Notes: generated by a model from the sequence alone, not told the origin. DNA of 63,638 bases, filler included, from Intoshia linei (GCA_001642005.1; 9 parts of 9 records of this genome joined end to end with filler, not necessarily neighbours in it), one strand, 5' to 3'. Shown: positions 25,202 through 38,871, counted from the first letter of the whole stretch. Made by a program: numbers and translations.

Positions 25202-28200
25202 TCATGTTTTTCGTGGCATATAAGTAATTTTTTTAAAGAAGCGTATTGTTCTTTGCTGTAGTGTCGATCGTTCTAAAATGAATATAAAAGTTAAATTAAA
25301 ATGATTATTTAATAATTGTGATAACCTTTTGTGGTATTTCCTCAAAAAATGTGTCTAAACGTGATAAAAATTACATAAATTGTATTAATTATTATTAATT
25401 ACTTTCAGATATAGTTGAAAATGATCCATTCATATTAATTGTTTCTCTAGAACGTAAAAATTCATCTTCAGACATATCAAACTTCTGCTTGGATTTCATT
25501 GTTTCGGGATTTTCATTATTTTTTTTAAATATTATTTTACTGCCATGTTTAATATTTAAACTTTGTGTTGTCTATAATTTTGACAGAATAAATGTATCAG
25601 TTTACACTGTTAATAATTAATTATAATTAAGAAATTTGCAATATGAATCCAGAGAGTATGGGATAGGGTGATGTGATTCCTTTCATTGCTATCAGAGTTA
25701 ATTAACCTTCCCACCGATTTTATGTCCATTCCTGCAACCCAAGAAACCTTAAATTTGAAGAATTTAGAAATTATAAAACCTGTTATATTGGGTTCTGACA
25801 CTCTAAATTTAATTTTTAACCACTGAGAAATATTCAAAAATTTTAAGAACCACTGATTCAAATAAATTTAAACCTTTCATGGGAAAAATAGTAACAATCG
25901 TGACAAATCAAATCGATGGGATAGTACATTCATGCTAGGGATTCATGGTACATTGATAAATAAACCTTTTTTCAAGTTAATAAAAAATTACACTCAAATC
26001 TGGGCGATATAGTTTAAAATGCAAACTATCTTGTTTAATCCATTTTCTAAGTTTAATTTCAATTTTGTTGAGTTCATGATAAATTTCTTTCAATTGTTTT
26101 AAATTTGCTGTAATAATGTTTCCATCTGTAATGATACTAATGCAACTTCCTCTTTTTTGAACTGTAACATTATCTACAACATATTCAATAAAAGACGCTG
26201 CATTACTGTTAAATTTTCCAGAGTTTATTTTAAAATTTATTTGTGAATTATTAGCAGTAAATTCATAAGACTTATCAAATACATCTGTTAACATTGCACC
26301 GTCATCATTATCTAATCTACCCACCCTGTTGAATCTCCCACTTTTTGGGACATGTGCTGATTTTTTGCGTTCACTGCTAACGCCTTTGCTACTTTTTATT
26401 CGTTTTATAAGTTTTGTTTTTATTTTTGCAGCCTTGAAATTGTTAAAACTTCTCAAAGATACCAGTAAATTATCAAAATTATATTTATTTGATCTAGGAT
26501 AATTTTTTTGCAATTTTTTGACTTTTTTTTCAATGTGAAATCTGTAAAATAAAATTATTACAAAATTAAGGGTAAATTGAATTTTTTAAATGATCCATTT
26601 AATCTGAATCTGTATACTCATTATAATACAGAAAATCTTGTAACGACTTACTTTGAAACAAGAATTTTAAACAGTGGAATCTTACTGTAAGTCAAATAGT
26701 CAAATCGAGCCAATAGTTTTTGATACACATAATCTTTGTATATAAGGGATTCAAAGTTTGATGATGCATCTATAGAATTAATTTTACAAAATTTTCTAAA
26801 CGTACGTGTCAAATTTGGTGAAGTTTCATTTCTATATTTTTTATACAATCTTAAAAAGTTTTTTAAATCTAGAGAAAATAATTCAACATAACTGTTTGCT
26901 GTAGTAGTTTGAATAAAATTGGAAAAATTGAAAATTAACTCAATTTCGTCTAAACGTAATTATATAAAAGATAATCAAAGTTACTGATGCATTCGTATTT
27001 ACAGTTTATTAAAAGCACTTCATTATTCTTTAAATTTATGAAATTTGAACATTTTTCAGGGCACAAACTAAAAATATAGATATTATAGTCGGTGATATGT
27101 TTTAATATTTACGTTTGTTCAAATTTTTTTTTATATTCGTCAAACATTTCTTTGTGGTTGATTTGGTGTTGTCTATCATTAACATTTATTTTTAATTCGC
27201 CTCTAAATAAAATAGTCTTAAACCGTCTATAAAATGTCATTTTTTTATAGTTGATACCAAAGCTTTACAAATGGCTCATCGTCAAAGGTGTTACCAGCAT
27301 TTCTGATTCTATTGCCAGAAAAATTAAAAAATTATTTTATTTTTGTAAAATACATTATTGAAGAGTTGCCAGATGTTGGCATTTAATTCCAAAACCTAGA
27401 CGATTGCTAAATTATTATTTTAAAAATCCCACTATTTTCCCACCATTAATAAAATGTAATAAAAAATACCATTTCAAGCCCTTTATTTAAAAATTCCTTT
27501 TTTACGAATTAACAAAAAACATTGTGGTAAAAAAAGATTTTTCATTAAGCGTTAGTATCATTTTGGTTTTTTCTCGTAAGATTTTACTAAATTGAATAAA
27601 ATATGCTAAAAATTTATCATTTTGGCCCCTTGGGGTGATCAGTCACCCTCATAAGAAGTACTGCTGTATTTGATTAAATTTTATTTAGAAATGTTCGGCC
27701 TTATTAAATTTTTTTGGGACGTTAGTGGTGCCTTCGAACAGTAAATGCTTCCCACCTCTGGTACAAATTACTAGCCATCTACTTAAAAATTACACGTGAA
27801 GGAAATACATTTTATTGATTGTATCTCCCTGTTTGACAATAATGCTATTGAAATAAAAGTATTCCTTAATTATAGTATTGGCAATGATGTTGATATATTT
27901 ATTTGGCCATGACTTGAAAATTTCAAGCTTTGTGACAAAATTTTGTTTTTCTTTGAGATCTCTTTCTTGAATGGATCTAATGGATATATTGTACACTTTT
28001 TTGGAGATTTCTAATAAATAAGACGTTTCGTGCGCTACAATAGATGCATTTCTGACACATTTATCGTTCAACAAGGCTAATTCTCCAAAACTATTTCCAG
28101 ATTCTAAAAATAAAATGGAAAAAATGAAATGAGAAATTGGATACCAATAAAACCGACCATATTTCCAAGTGAATTATCTCCTTTAACCTCAGTATTTAAA

Positions 28201-28507
28201 AGATACACTGAAACAGTCCCCTTTAATATAATGTACAAACAATGTCCGATTTCATTTTGTCTAATAATTAACTGATCCTTTTCATATTTTTTCAATGTTG
28301 ATGTTTTTAAAATGTAAGATATCACATCTTAAATGGATTATATTGTTAAATAAATCAATTACCGTATTTGAGCTCTTTAAAAAGACTAATATTTTTTCGA
28401 GTCCAAGGCACAATCTTATTAATTTCATCGATATTTCTTTTATTTACGTCTACAGAAAAAGTATCAATTACATTTTCCAAAAAGGGGTTAACCAAATTGG
28501 AATTCAT
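25202..28507 (-). CDS. Cyclic nucleotide-binding domain protein (CNBD1/2-like), multi-exon
   Basis: IIRQNEIGHCLYIILKGTVSV, phosphate-binding cassette SFGELALLNDKCVRNASIVA, and a second CNB start IVKQGDTINKMYFL. Further in-frame exons run to ~25202. Start codon and 3' exon boundaries are approximate. Confidence 0.75.
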
Positions 28508-28926
28508 TAGAAATGGACAAGAAAAAATTGAAATATCAATGACGTACTGTACAAGACAATTGATATTTAACGTGGAAAGAGGTTATCACAACAATAAAAA
28601 TATATTTACACAAATAACATTAACCTAAAAATTAAACAAATGTTGCAATAATCGACGTTTGAGTTACATTATTAATAAATGATTCATTTTTACAATAAAA
28701 GGTACACTCAAAATAATTATAAATTAATAATAATGAAAACAATAGTAAAATAAGATTGTATATCAATTATACAGAAATGTAATAATTCAATTCCATGACC
28801 AGTGTTTCTATCAACAAATGTAATATCGGATAAATTTTTAATGATTTATACAATATAAATATTATAGCGTATCAGTTGGTTTTATTGAAATGCGTTTATA
28901 CAGCATTGAAAGTTTTAAATCGAAGA

Positions 28927-29825
28927 CTATTTTAAAATGTTAGAATTTTTAGGGTCGGTTAAATTCGAAGTAGGATTATTAGTATTGGATGCAAGTTCTT
29001 GTGATTTTTGAGGTGTAGTTATATTGAGTTCTTGAGACTTTTTTTCGTTTTTTCCATATTGTACATATGCGGTTTGAACAGTTCCTTGTGCAGCTCTCAT
29101 TGATTGGTTCACATCTTGACCAAAACTAGCGTCTTCATTGCGTTTTGTGGGTTTTTGGTCTATTTCTTCGTTTTTAGTGGTACGCGAAACTCCAACTCTA
29201 ACAGTATTACCATTTACTTCAGCTTCTCTTCCGCTGGTATTTGTAACTCGCGCTTCAGTGTTAGCCATCATTGCAGATTTTCGCTGCCTAATAATAGTCC
29301 AATCGTAAATATAATCATAACTGTAATTCAATGTTCGGAAAAAAATTCTAAATAATTGCCGTAAATATATATAATCTGGATTTTCTTCAAAACCGAGGCT
29401 TCGACAATAATTTAAATACATAGCAAATTCTGTTGGAAATCCATGTGTTAATGTTTCAATTTGTGTCATCATTTTTTTTTCACTAATTTTATCGTATTTT
29501 TGCTTCTTAGTAGCTGCTTTTAAACCTAAATGATTTTATAAATCTATTTACGCAAAACAAACCTTGCCAAGGGAGAGACCCACGTAATAAATACATGAAC
29601 ACATAACCTAATGATTCCATATCATCTCTTCTACTTTGTTCGATACCCAAATGAGCATTTATGCTAGCGTATCGGGCAGTACCGGTTAAATTTTTATCTT
29701 CACGATAAGCAATGTGTTTACGAGTGCGACTGTCTCTATATTTTTTTGATAAACCATAGTCTACTAGGAAAACTTTGTTGCATTGGTTTTTTATTCCCAT
29801 TAAAAAATTATCCGGTTTCATATCT
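28927..29825 (-). CDS. CSNK1A1: Casein kinase I alpha, last two exons (5' exons not in contig)
   Basis: [11 protein letters not shown]...[35 protein letters not shown]...[23 protein letters not shown]...FAMYLNYCR...[18 protein letters not shown], which are alpha-type signatures. Confidence 0.92.
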
Positions 29826-32800
29826 CTAAATATCAAATTAAAGTAAATATTTGGCACTATATAAAATCAAAAATAACAATAATTGCTGATTAATTAACCA
29901 ATCATTAATTTCAAAATTATATAATAACATTTTTATAAAAATAAATAGGCAAACAATGTAACTGGAACAATAGAATCATATATAAAATTATAACAATTTT
30001 TAGACAAAAAAGTCTCAACACAAAAACTACCTTAAAACCAAATATATCATTTTCAACATTCATTTCAACTTTTTAACGTTTAAAAACATTCAAAAATAAC
30101 AATTAAGATTCATATTCAAAGTTATATTTACGATTTTAGTTATATTTTTGGCATAATATACCAAAGGTTTACACCAGTTCTACCAAAAAAAATTATACTT
30201 TAAGTCCCAAAGTCCCGAAAATGTAATATATTCATTGTTTGCACATGTATAAATTGATTTTGGTGTTAAAATTTAATAATTTAACTTAAATTATCAACCA
30301 CCCTGTCATTTATTTTTATAATCAAATAAAATATTTTTATATTTGGGATCCGCCATATGTGTTATTTTGGAAGCTATGGTTTACACATTTTTAATATTAC
30401 CAATAATTCAATAAATAAACAATATTTTTACATTAAAAAATTAGAAAATTCAGAGAAATTTACGTGGTTTCTGCAGTATTTTCGATAAAAGACAAGACAA
30501 TATTAACATATTCATTGTAGTATCATATAATAATATCAGCTTTTGTATGGTTTTAATATAATGTTATTTCACACAAAAAAAATATAAATAAAATTATCGT
30601 CAAAAAATCTAAACATTAATAATAAATTATGATGTGAAATCTCCAAAAATTTAAATTGTTTGTATGTAATTTTAACATTCAATACACATAAAATAAACAA
30701 AAACAGTAGTATTATTAAACTTATTAAACATATTTAACCTATGCTCAAACTAAGTGGTTCTGAACGGTGTGCCAAGTGGCTCCCAAGGGAGGAAATTTGT
30801 AAAAAGGGGGCAATTTGGGGAAAAATTATTTTAGTTTAATTGTGTAGTGTCATGTCCATTATTATCGAAAGATTGATTTATAAATAAGTAAAATATTAAC
30901 TTTAAAATAGGATTAGTGACTGTAATATGGATAATTTAGATATACACAAAATTACGACATATGGTTTAAGTTAAAATTTGGTCATAAATGAAGTATTGAT
31001 TGGCGGAGGAATTATAAAAAAGGCTGCAAACTACTGCTTAAATATGTAAAGATAATGACGAAATAAGTATACAAACCTTAACCCTAAACCATCCACGGCT
31101 TAAGCGTATACTATATATTTTTATTATATTAAATCATATAATTAATAAAACATATCAGATAGCTCAATAATCTCAGAATTTTAAAAATATTATTCCCAAC
31201 AACCAAACGAGAAATTTTAACATTTGAAAATCAATAAAATAAAATAATAAATTATAATCGTTCAATAATCATAACATTAATTAAAATTAAAAATGTAACA
31301 AACACTATGAAATTAGGTTAATAAAATTTTTTAAATTGATAAGAAAATTTCCTTGCATTCCTTTCCTAGTTGAAACAATCAAAATACTTTTTATTTTTCA
31401 ACCCAAATTTAAATAAAATGAATAATAAAACTAAATTAAAAATGTATTAATGACAAACTAGTCGACTAGATATTAAGATTAATTATTGAAATACACTTAA
31501 CATTGTAAAGAAAAAGAATTCACTATTGAAATCTTGGTACAATATTGTAAAATTTAAGTGTCAATCCAAAACATTAACACAAAGAGATATTAAAATGAAT
31601 ATAATCTACAGCAGATTGTAGAACAGCGATTTTGAAAAACATTTTCGCGCCTAGTCCCTCAAAAACCAGTAAATTAGAATTGATAGTAATAATCAGTCTA
31701 CTAAATGTCAGCATTAATTTAGCAATTTTTAAGAAGGTGGATAAGGGGTGTTTAATTAGAGAAAATTTAAAATTAAAAAGCATTGACATAGAAAAGAGAA
31801 CAATATCTAATCTTGTAACATTTGTGATAAATATACAATATCATGTATCATACATTCAAACTTGCAAATTTAAAATATGATGACAATTTTTTAGATTAAT
31901 CAAAAACATTGCTAAATTATTTAAAAATCAATGAAATACATACAACGTATATTCTACATCCGATATGAACTAATAACGATATTTATCAGTACATTAAAAA
32001 TGTTTAAAAATCAATGATAAAAAAAACTAATAAATTACATTTTAGATTCTGATAAAACAATAAATAGTAAAAAAATGCAATAAGTAAATATATAATTTAC
32101 CTGAAAATTAAAATTTTCAGAATCCTGTTTTCTTGATTTTAAATATTATCGAAATTATATAAGTATTTATTCTGCAAATTCAAGTGAATTTTTAGTGTAA
32201 TAACGATTGATAACAGTTACATTTCTAAACATTCACATTAATTGAGTTTTTTAAATAGAAAAATAATTTCTAACGCTGAAAATGTCAAGTTAAAACATAA
32301 ATACTACCCTAATCGGCGTAAAATTGAAAATCGTCATCAATATGTTATAATTTATATTTTACTGGATGTGTTTTTAGTATCGAATCAGACATTAAATGTT
32401 ATAGACAGATACATAAGAACCACCAATCAGAAACTTGCAAATTTGAATTATGAAACCTAATTCAGACACCCTTTTAATTAATTAAAATATTTATTCAAAT
32501 TATTATAAAAATAATAAACTGCAACTTTTTCCGTTCCAATTTTACCAATTTACGGAAGTAATAAATTATTTGACTTTCGTTAATTAATAATAAAATCGTT
32601 ATCAAAATTAAATGTTGATGTAGGTCATGCAAATATATACAATTGGATTAATAAAATTATATTCTAACCTTAATTCAACCTGTATAAAAATGTATAAACA
32701 TTTTTCAAAATGAAATGGTAAATATTGTCAATTAGCATACCCGAATCAGGACCACAATATTTAAATCATTCTTTTAAAAAATTAAGCAGTCTTGGTTGTC

Positions 32801-32964
32801 AAGCAGTCTAGTTGGTAAAATTTGGTTTTTTCTTTTGGAATCAGATAGGGTAGTTTTTATTCTANNNNNNNNNNNNNNNNNNNNNNNNNNNNNNNNNNNN
32901 NNNNNNNNTTAATTAATTAANNNNNNNNNNNNNNNNNNNNNNNNNNNNNNNNNNNNNNNNNNNN

Positions 32965-33070
32965 ATGTTGAATATCCATAGATTGTAAAAATTGTTTAAA
33001 TTCTATTGATGCAAATTGAGGTTCATTATCCGATATAATTTTGAAAGGGATACCTTCTCTTGAAAAAATT
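32965..33070 (-). mobile_element. Ty3/Gypsy-type integrase core fragment
   Basis: IFSREGIPFKIISDNEPQFASIEFKQFLQSMDIQH matches the rve motif F.R.G.P..I.SDNG.QF.S..F..F....GI.H. Confidence 0.8.
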
Positions 33071-34302
33071 TTAAATTTAGTTAAATTTAAATCACTTGAA
33101 AAAACCTTTCGTAGGAATAAAGAAAGGCGAAATAACCCCCAAAAAAAATTCTGAATTGGAAAGGAGTTTATTGAAAACCAATGAAAAAACTTTAGAAAAA
33201 TTCTTAAAAAAATCACAAGAAAATGGTAACGATGAAACGTTTTCTAAATCTGACAAATGAAAAAATTTTGGTTTTGATATTTAAATAACTCATCATCTTT
33301 TTTTTTTTCATTTCTTGTTGTAACCTTCTAGTAGTTTCGATTCATTTATTTAATAATTCGATAATATTTCATTCATACACTGTAATTATAATTAACCTAA
33401 TATATTTAAAAATACTTATATTTCATTAATTATTAAATTTGTTTTTACCTTTTAAGGGTTGTCAAATATTTGTTCTTGGTCATACACTAGATATGATATA
33501 AGAAAATGTCTTAAATCATGAACCAGGAGTGTTTAAATTAATTACAATTCGGGTGCCTAAGACTTATGTCGGGCACTGTAGTGTCGATGTTAATTGTACT
33601 TATCACTGGACTAATAAAAGTTGAGATATCGAGATAAGGCTCGCTACGCGTGCGGACAGACATTTATAGTGACCATTCACATTCATATTGGACAGGGTGT
33701 CAGACTGAATTTGCTTGGCGGGTCAAATGTGAAAAAATTTATTACGCGGACCACAAAAAAATCTTTATTTAGAAAATAATGTTAAAACTAACCGTTTTAA
33801 TTAATTTATAATAATTTTAATTCACAAAATGAAATAAAAAACAATAATAATGGAATAAGTGTAGAAAATGATGTTAAAATTGTAATCATGAATAAATACA
33901 TGAAATATACATGATAACATGAAAAATATATGAAAAAACTGTAAAAAAAGCCTTCGCCTTGTGAAAAGCTAGCTATAGTACACATGAGACGAAATACAGT
34001 AAAACCAATAAAATGTAAAATTATTCGTGTAACAGTTATAATTGGCATACCTATATTTAACGTTGTATTATGATCAATCTATTAGTCTGACAGATATAAT
34101 AATTTAATTTAATAATAGATATGTTAACTTTTATGAAGCACATGCACTATTTTTAGTCTGGAATAAATGTACGCTGCACTACAAGTCTATTCATAATCTA
34201 AACTAAAATCTTTATTTTATGCGAGTCAAAACAAATGTATTGTGCGTTATTTGTAAACTATTTTAAATGTCTAGCCTAGCAGACAAACCATTTTCATAAT
34301 AC

Positions 34303-34956
34303 ATGAATATTTTTTTTAATTTAGTACGTTTATTTCAGAAATTATGGAATTACTTAATTACAAAATTTGAAATGTGTATAATGTCTCCCGTACTGCATAA
34401 ATTCGGGAAACTGGGAAAGAAATTAAGAAAACTAGCCTACCGACATAAACTGAGAAAACGCAAATTTATGATAACCAACAATTCAACCAATTCCAATGCA
34501 CGTGTTTACCTAAATTGTTCATCTTTTGAATATAGAGCAATTTTGATGCTTAAAAATTACAAATTATCCAATCCGACCAAATTAGACCCTTTGTTTCCAG
34601 TATTTTCTGAAATTAATGCAACCTCACCAAATCGAATGTACATTTGTAAAAATTTCCAACAGACTGAATCAAAAATTGATGCCGATTATAGAGAAAATTA
34701 TTTGGAACCTTGTCCAAACAAGACTGTATTTGATAAACCACAACTTTTGTCAAAATGCATATTATCTCATAAAATACAAGACGATTTACCGAATCGTGGA
34801 TTCCTGTATAATTGCCTTGTCGATGCAACATGTCCAAGAAATTGTCACCACAATGTAAAATCAACTGTCAGTATACATTTTGCTCAAAATTATAATTTGA
34901 AAACTAAACAATACCAAATCCACCCACTTATATATGTCACTCATGAAAAATGTTAA
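34303..34956 (+). CDS. Orphan Cys-containing basic protein (217-aa ORF), possibly cystine-knot-like
   Basis: 654-nt uninterrupted ORF in very AT-rich DNA, with AATAAA just after the stop. No confident family assignment; the true start or upstream exons are uncertain. Confidence 0.65.
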   Translation: MNIFFNLVRLFQKLWNYLITKFEMCIMSPVLHKFGKLGKKLRKLAYRHKLRKRKFMITNNSTNSNARVYLNCSSFEYRAILMLKNYKLSNPTKLDPLFPVFSEINATSPNRMYICKNFQQTESKIDADYRENYLEPCPNKTVFDKPQLLSKCILSHKIQDDLPNRGFLYNCLVDATCPRNCHHNVKSTVSIHFAQNYNLKTKQYQIHPLIYVTHEKC

Positions 34957-35052
34957 ATTTAAATAAAGTTTATATTTAAATTGTTTATAAAGTATGACGT
35001 TTTATTTTTATTCCTATCAACAATAATTAATAAACTAATAAATTAATAAATA

Positions 35053-35800
35053 ATGTCCAACCAAACAAGCATAAATATTGACGAAAGTCCTCTAATTAAG
35101 GGTAATTTAGATGGACCAACACCAGATAAAACTGATTCTCGGTAAAATGTTGAAATATTCATTTTAAACTAATTTATAGTTTAAACATTACTCAAATGTT
35201 ATCCGTAGATGCTGTCAAGAATTGGTTTACAAATCGACGGAAATATACAAAAGCTTGGACCACATTTTTTAATACCGCTAAATTTTGCAAACCTACCAAT
35301 TTTTCAGATACCAAATCTCGAATTTATAGAAACATTTTTATGTTTCAGAGCAATTACCTTTATCTATCATTAGCTCTCATGTTGTTGAGCATGTATATCT
35401 TTTTATGTTGTTAAACCACTTTTTTTTGTAGCCTTACCGCACCCATGCTTCTTATTATTGTAGGAATCTATGTCATTATTTGCTATTTCATTAGTTCTCA
35501 CAATGAAAATAACAAAGTTATTATATTGGGTTTTTGTTTTAAGGCTTCATGATGATTTTATTTAGGACATGAAATTCAACTTGTATATCAGTATACTGCC
35601 TTAACTTTATTGTTTATACCCTTCTTTTGGTTAATTGGAGCTGGAGCAACTTTTATGTGGATTATGGGTATCAGATTTATTTTAATTTTATTTTTCATTT
35701 AGGTGCCGCAATTTTTATTTGTTTGTTGCATGCCGGTTTTTACAATTCTGCCGAAGACGATATTGAAACCATCGAAATGCAATCCATCGACATGGTTTGA
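35053..35800 (+). CDS. RABAC1: Prenylated Rab acceptor 1 (PRA1 family), 5 exons
   Basis: KAWTTFFNTAKFCKP...SRIYRNIFMFQSNYL.../LTAPMLL.../GHEI...QY...IPFFWLIGAGATFMWIM/GAAIFICLLHAGFY...EMQSIDMV*. All introns are about 35-38 nt. Confidence 0.9.
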
Positions 35801-35920
35801 TATTTCAATTAATGTTTAATTGTATTATCCAAATTATGTTACAATTAATTACTATAAATAAAATTAATCTCTTTATAATTACTCATTATCCTGTCATTCA
35901 TTTTTATTTCAAAATATCAA

Positions 35921-37101
35921 ATGGACTTTAAGGTCCGTCGTAAAATGATGTCATGCACCACGTGTTGCAAGCTTTTTATCAATCTACATTTGTTAATAAA
36001 GCACTCAATTGAAGTTCACGATTTGCAATTAAAAGTGTTCAATTGCACTGATTGTAAATATATCACCAGACACCAAAGCAATTTGAGTGTTCATCTGAGA
36101 ACGCATACTGGTTCAATTTTCATTTATTTTGCCAATTATTTGTTTAGGCGAACGTCCCTACTACTGTGATTGTTGTGGCAAGAGATATACTCAAGGTTTT
36201 ATTTTTTATTCTAAAATCAATTTAATTATTGAAATTTCCGTTCTAGGCTGCTTTTTTTTTTTAATACAATCATTGTTGTGCTGATATTATAATTCTTAAA
36301 TAAACTTAATTATTATAAGCTTAGTCTTAATTTGTATAATATTATATACGTATTATCATCGTTATACAAACTTTAATTTTAAATGCAAATTAATTCTAAG
36401 CCTTTTTGGAGCATAGTTTATTTATATAATTATTTATTTATTAAAATTTACTAATTTATTTAAACAATAATTTTGATGGTAATACAAATTCCATGTTGAT
36501 AATGGTAACATTTAAAAGGGAATTTTCAGAATATTTTTTTACCGAATCTTAGGGTGAGGTTTTTAAGATTTTGAATTCTGGATTTTGGTTTCATTTTGTG
36601 AATATTATGTACAATACTGTATATGAAATACTATTAGTTTTTTTGTGATATTTAATGTTAAAAATAATTCAAATTATAGGCCACCTCCTGAAATCACACA
36701 TAAAAAACCGACATAACGGTAAAATGAGTTTTTACCATTTGGACAAGCATAGAAAAGCGTTTAAAGGGAAAACAAATATTGATAATCCAACCACTAACCA
36801 AGAAAATGTCGTATTAAATGAATTTGAACTATTTATTTCTAATAATAAAAATAGTTTAATAGAAACTGGTTCATTTACAAATATAGATACAAAATCTAAA
36901 ATTTCTTTCGAAAATGATGATAAATTTAAATGTACTAATGAAATTATTGCCACTTTGCAAAAGAAATTAAAATCTTTAAGGCACAACGTTGTGGAATTTA
37001 TTGATGTTTTGGTGCCAGATGTCAAGATTAAAAATCTGGTTGACTCTCAAAGCAATTCGGTTGATTTGCTCCTGTCTTTATTAGTAAAATGTGAAGATTA
37101 A
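35921..37101 (+). CDS. C2H2 zinc-finger protein (3 fingers); exons 35921-36110, 36148-36195, 36680-37101
   Basis: CTTC...HSIEVH, FNCTDC...[34 protein letters not shown] with a canonical TGERP linker across the splice junction. Confidence 0.88.
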
Positions 37102-38559
37102 AATTTTATTTAGTATTTCATTCTGATGCTTCAACCAACTAAAAATATGTGTATTAAAATGTAATTCATTTTTATTGTTTAAATTACTTGAAGTAAGTAT
37201 TCTTGACTGCTTCGATAAGCTCGTGTTATTAACTCGCAGTGACCTTGAATAATATGAATATTCCAAGAATATTTTTTGTAAATCTAGGTATAGATTTCAT
37301 ACATATAAATTAGGCCTAATGTACTGAACTAATGTAATGTATTGAACTAAATGTTAGTTCAGACAGTACAGTTGTGTAGGGTGGACATAATTTCAATATT
37401 TATGAATTTCTGATAGGACAAGAGCCAAAAGTTTTCGTTTTGATTAGCAGACATAAAATCCAAAATCTTAACAAAATTCAAAAAGTTTATAAGGGCACAA
37501 AATATCAAATTATTATTTAAATATGCATAGTAACAGTATTACTTACTCATATAATCAAATTAATTATGGGAAAGCTAAATAAGGTTCAATTAATAGTTTT
37601 GAATGTGGAATAACATTTAAATCGTTAAATTTTAATTAATTAACAATGAATTGTAAATAAAATTGTGATATTTTTATTGTGAATTTTTTATACATAATTA
37701 TTAAATTTAGTCAAAACTCTAATTTCTAAATTTTTCAAGTTTTTGCATGTCGGGAAAACGTTATATTCAAATCAGTGATGGAAATTTTGGGCGACGTGAT
37801 TTTTCAATATTTTTTAGATGGTAAAATATTCTGCCCTTTAGACAATTAGACATGGTCAATTTGTTTCTACTTTATTTACTGATATGTATTTTTACAAACA
37901 GCAGCTACTTCTGCAGAGGGCGGACTTTTTAATTTTAAGACCGATTTTTTATTTTGATTACAGACTATTAGTGTACAATATCATATTAAAAATAAAATAA
38001 AAAATTCAATTATAAAACTCTAAAAAATAGTCAAAAATAAGATGAATTCCTGAAAAATACAATTTTTTACTTATATAAAATTGAATGTCTTTGTCTCAGT
38101 TAGACGAGTTAAAAAAACTTAATTTCTAATACAGTTTTTCGTAGTTGATGTTTATTTTTAAAAAAATTGTTTTTTGCCGTTAGGGCGTCACTTTGTGAGA
38201 TTACAATTTTACAGTGCGTGTTAATTGGATATAAATCAGCTATAATTTTTTTCGAATTCTAGATCTTTTCTAATATTTAAAAAAATACTACTATAGTTAA
38301 TATAGTATAATATAATATAGTAATATAGTAAATAATACTTTTTGGTTTTNATATAGTAATATAGTAAATAATACTTTTTGGTTTTAACCCTCAAGAACTT
38401 ACTTTCTGATACTGAAATTTGCGATAAAACATCAATTTATAAAAACTGTATTAAAAATTTGATTTTTTTAATTCTAGGACTTATAATTTTATAATTAAAC
38501 AGTAACACACAAACACAGACACAGACATCAAGGATAAAGGATTTAATCAAGATATACAT

Positions 38560-38771
38560 CTTGATCCAGCCGCAATTAAGGTACAACGCTCACCTCGTTG
38601 TGATCTACCTTCCCTTCTTGAAATGTGTAAATTAAAATTAGTTTCATTCATAAACACAATATTTGCATTTTCAGATTGTAATTCAAGTAACTTTAAAGTA
38701 AAATTTCTTCTTTTCTTTTTATTTACGGCATTGTTTGCATTTTCAGGTTCATGTCGTATCGTTTTTAGAGT
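38560..38771 (-). mobile_element. IS630/Tc1 (DDE_3-type) transposase fragment
   Basis: TLKTIRHEPENANNAVNKKKRRNF...IVFMNETNFNLHISRREGRSQRGERC. The motif is [YF]xDETxFNL, here with the first catalytic Asp replaced by Asn. Confidence 0.7.
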
Positions 38772-38871
38772 NNNNNNNNNNNNNNNNNNNNNNNNNNNNN
38801 NNNNNNNNNNNNNNNTTAATTAATTAANNNNNNNNNNNNNNNNNNNNNNNNNNNNNNNNNNNNNNNNNNNN

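Noticed and set aside
31574-31880. Overlapping ORFs on both strands; in-frame TGAs suggested a NUMT or alternative code
   Set aside because: No recognisable mitochondrial or other protein motif. All confident genes here use the standard code.
33806-34048. 80-aa hydrophobic ORF
   Set aside because: Hydrophobicity is expected from a T-rich strand; there is no motif or splice support.
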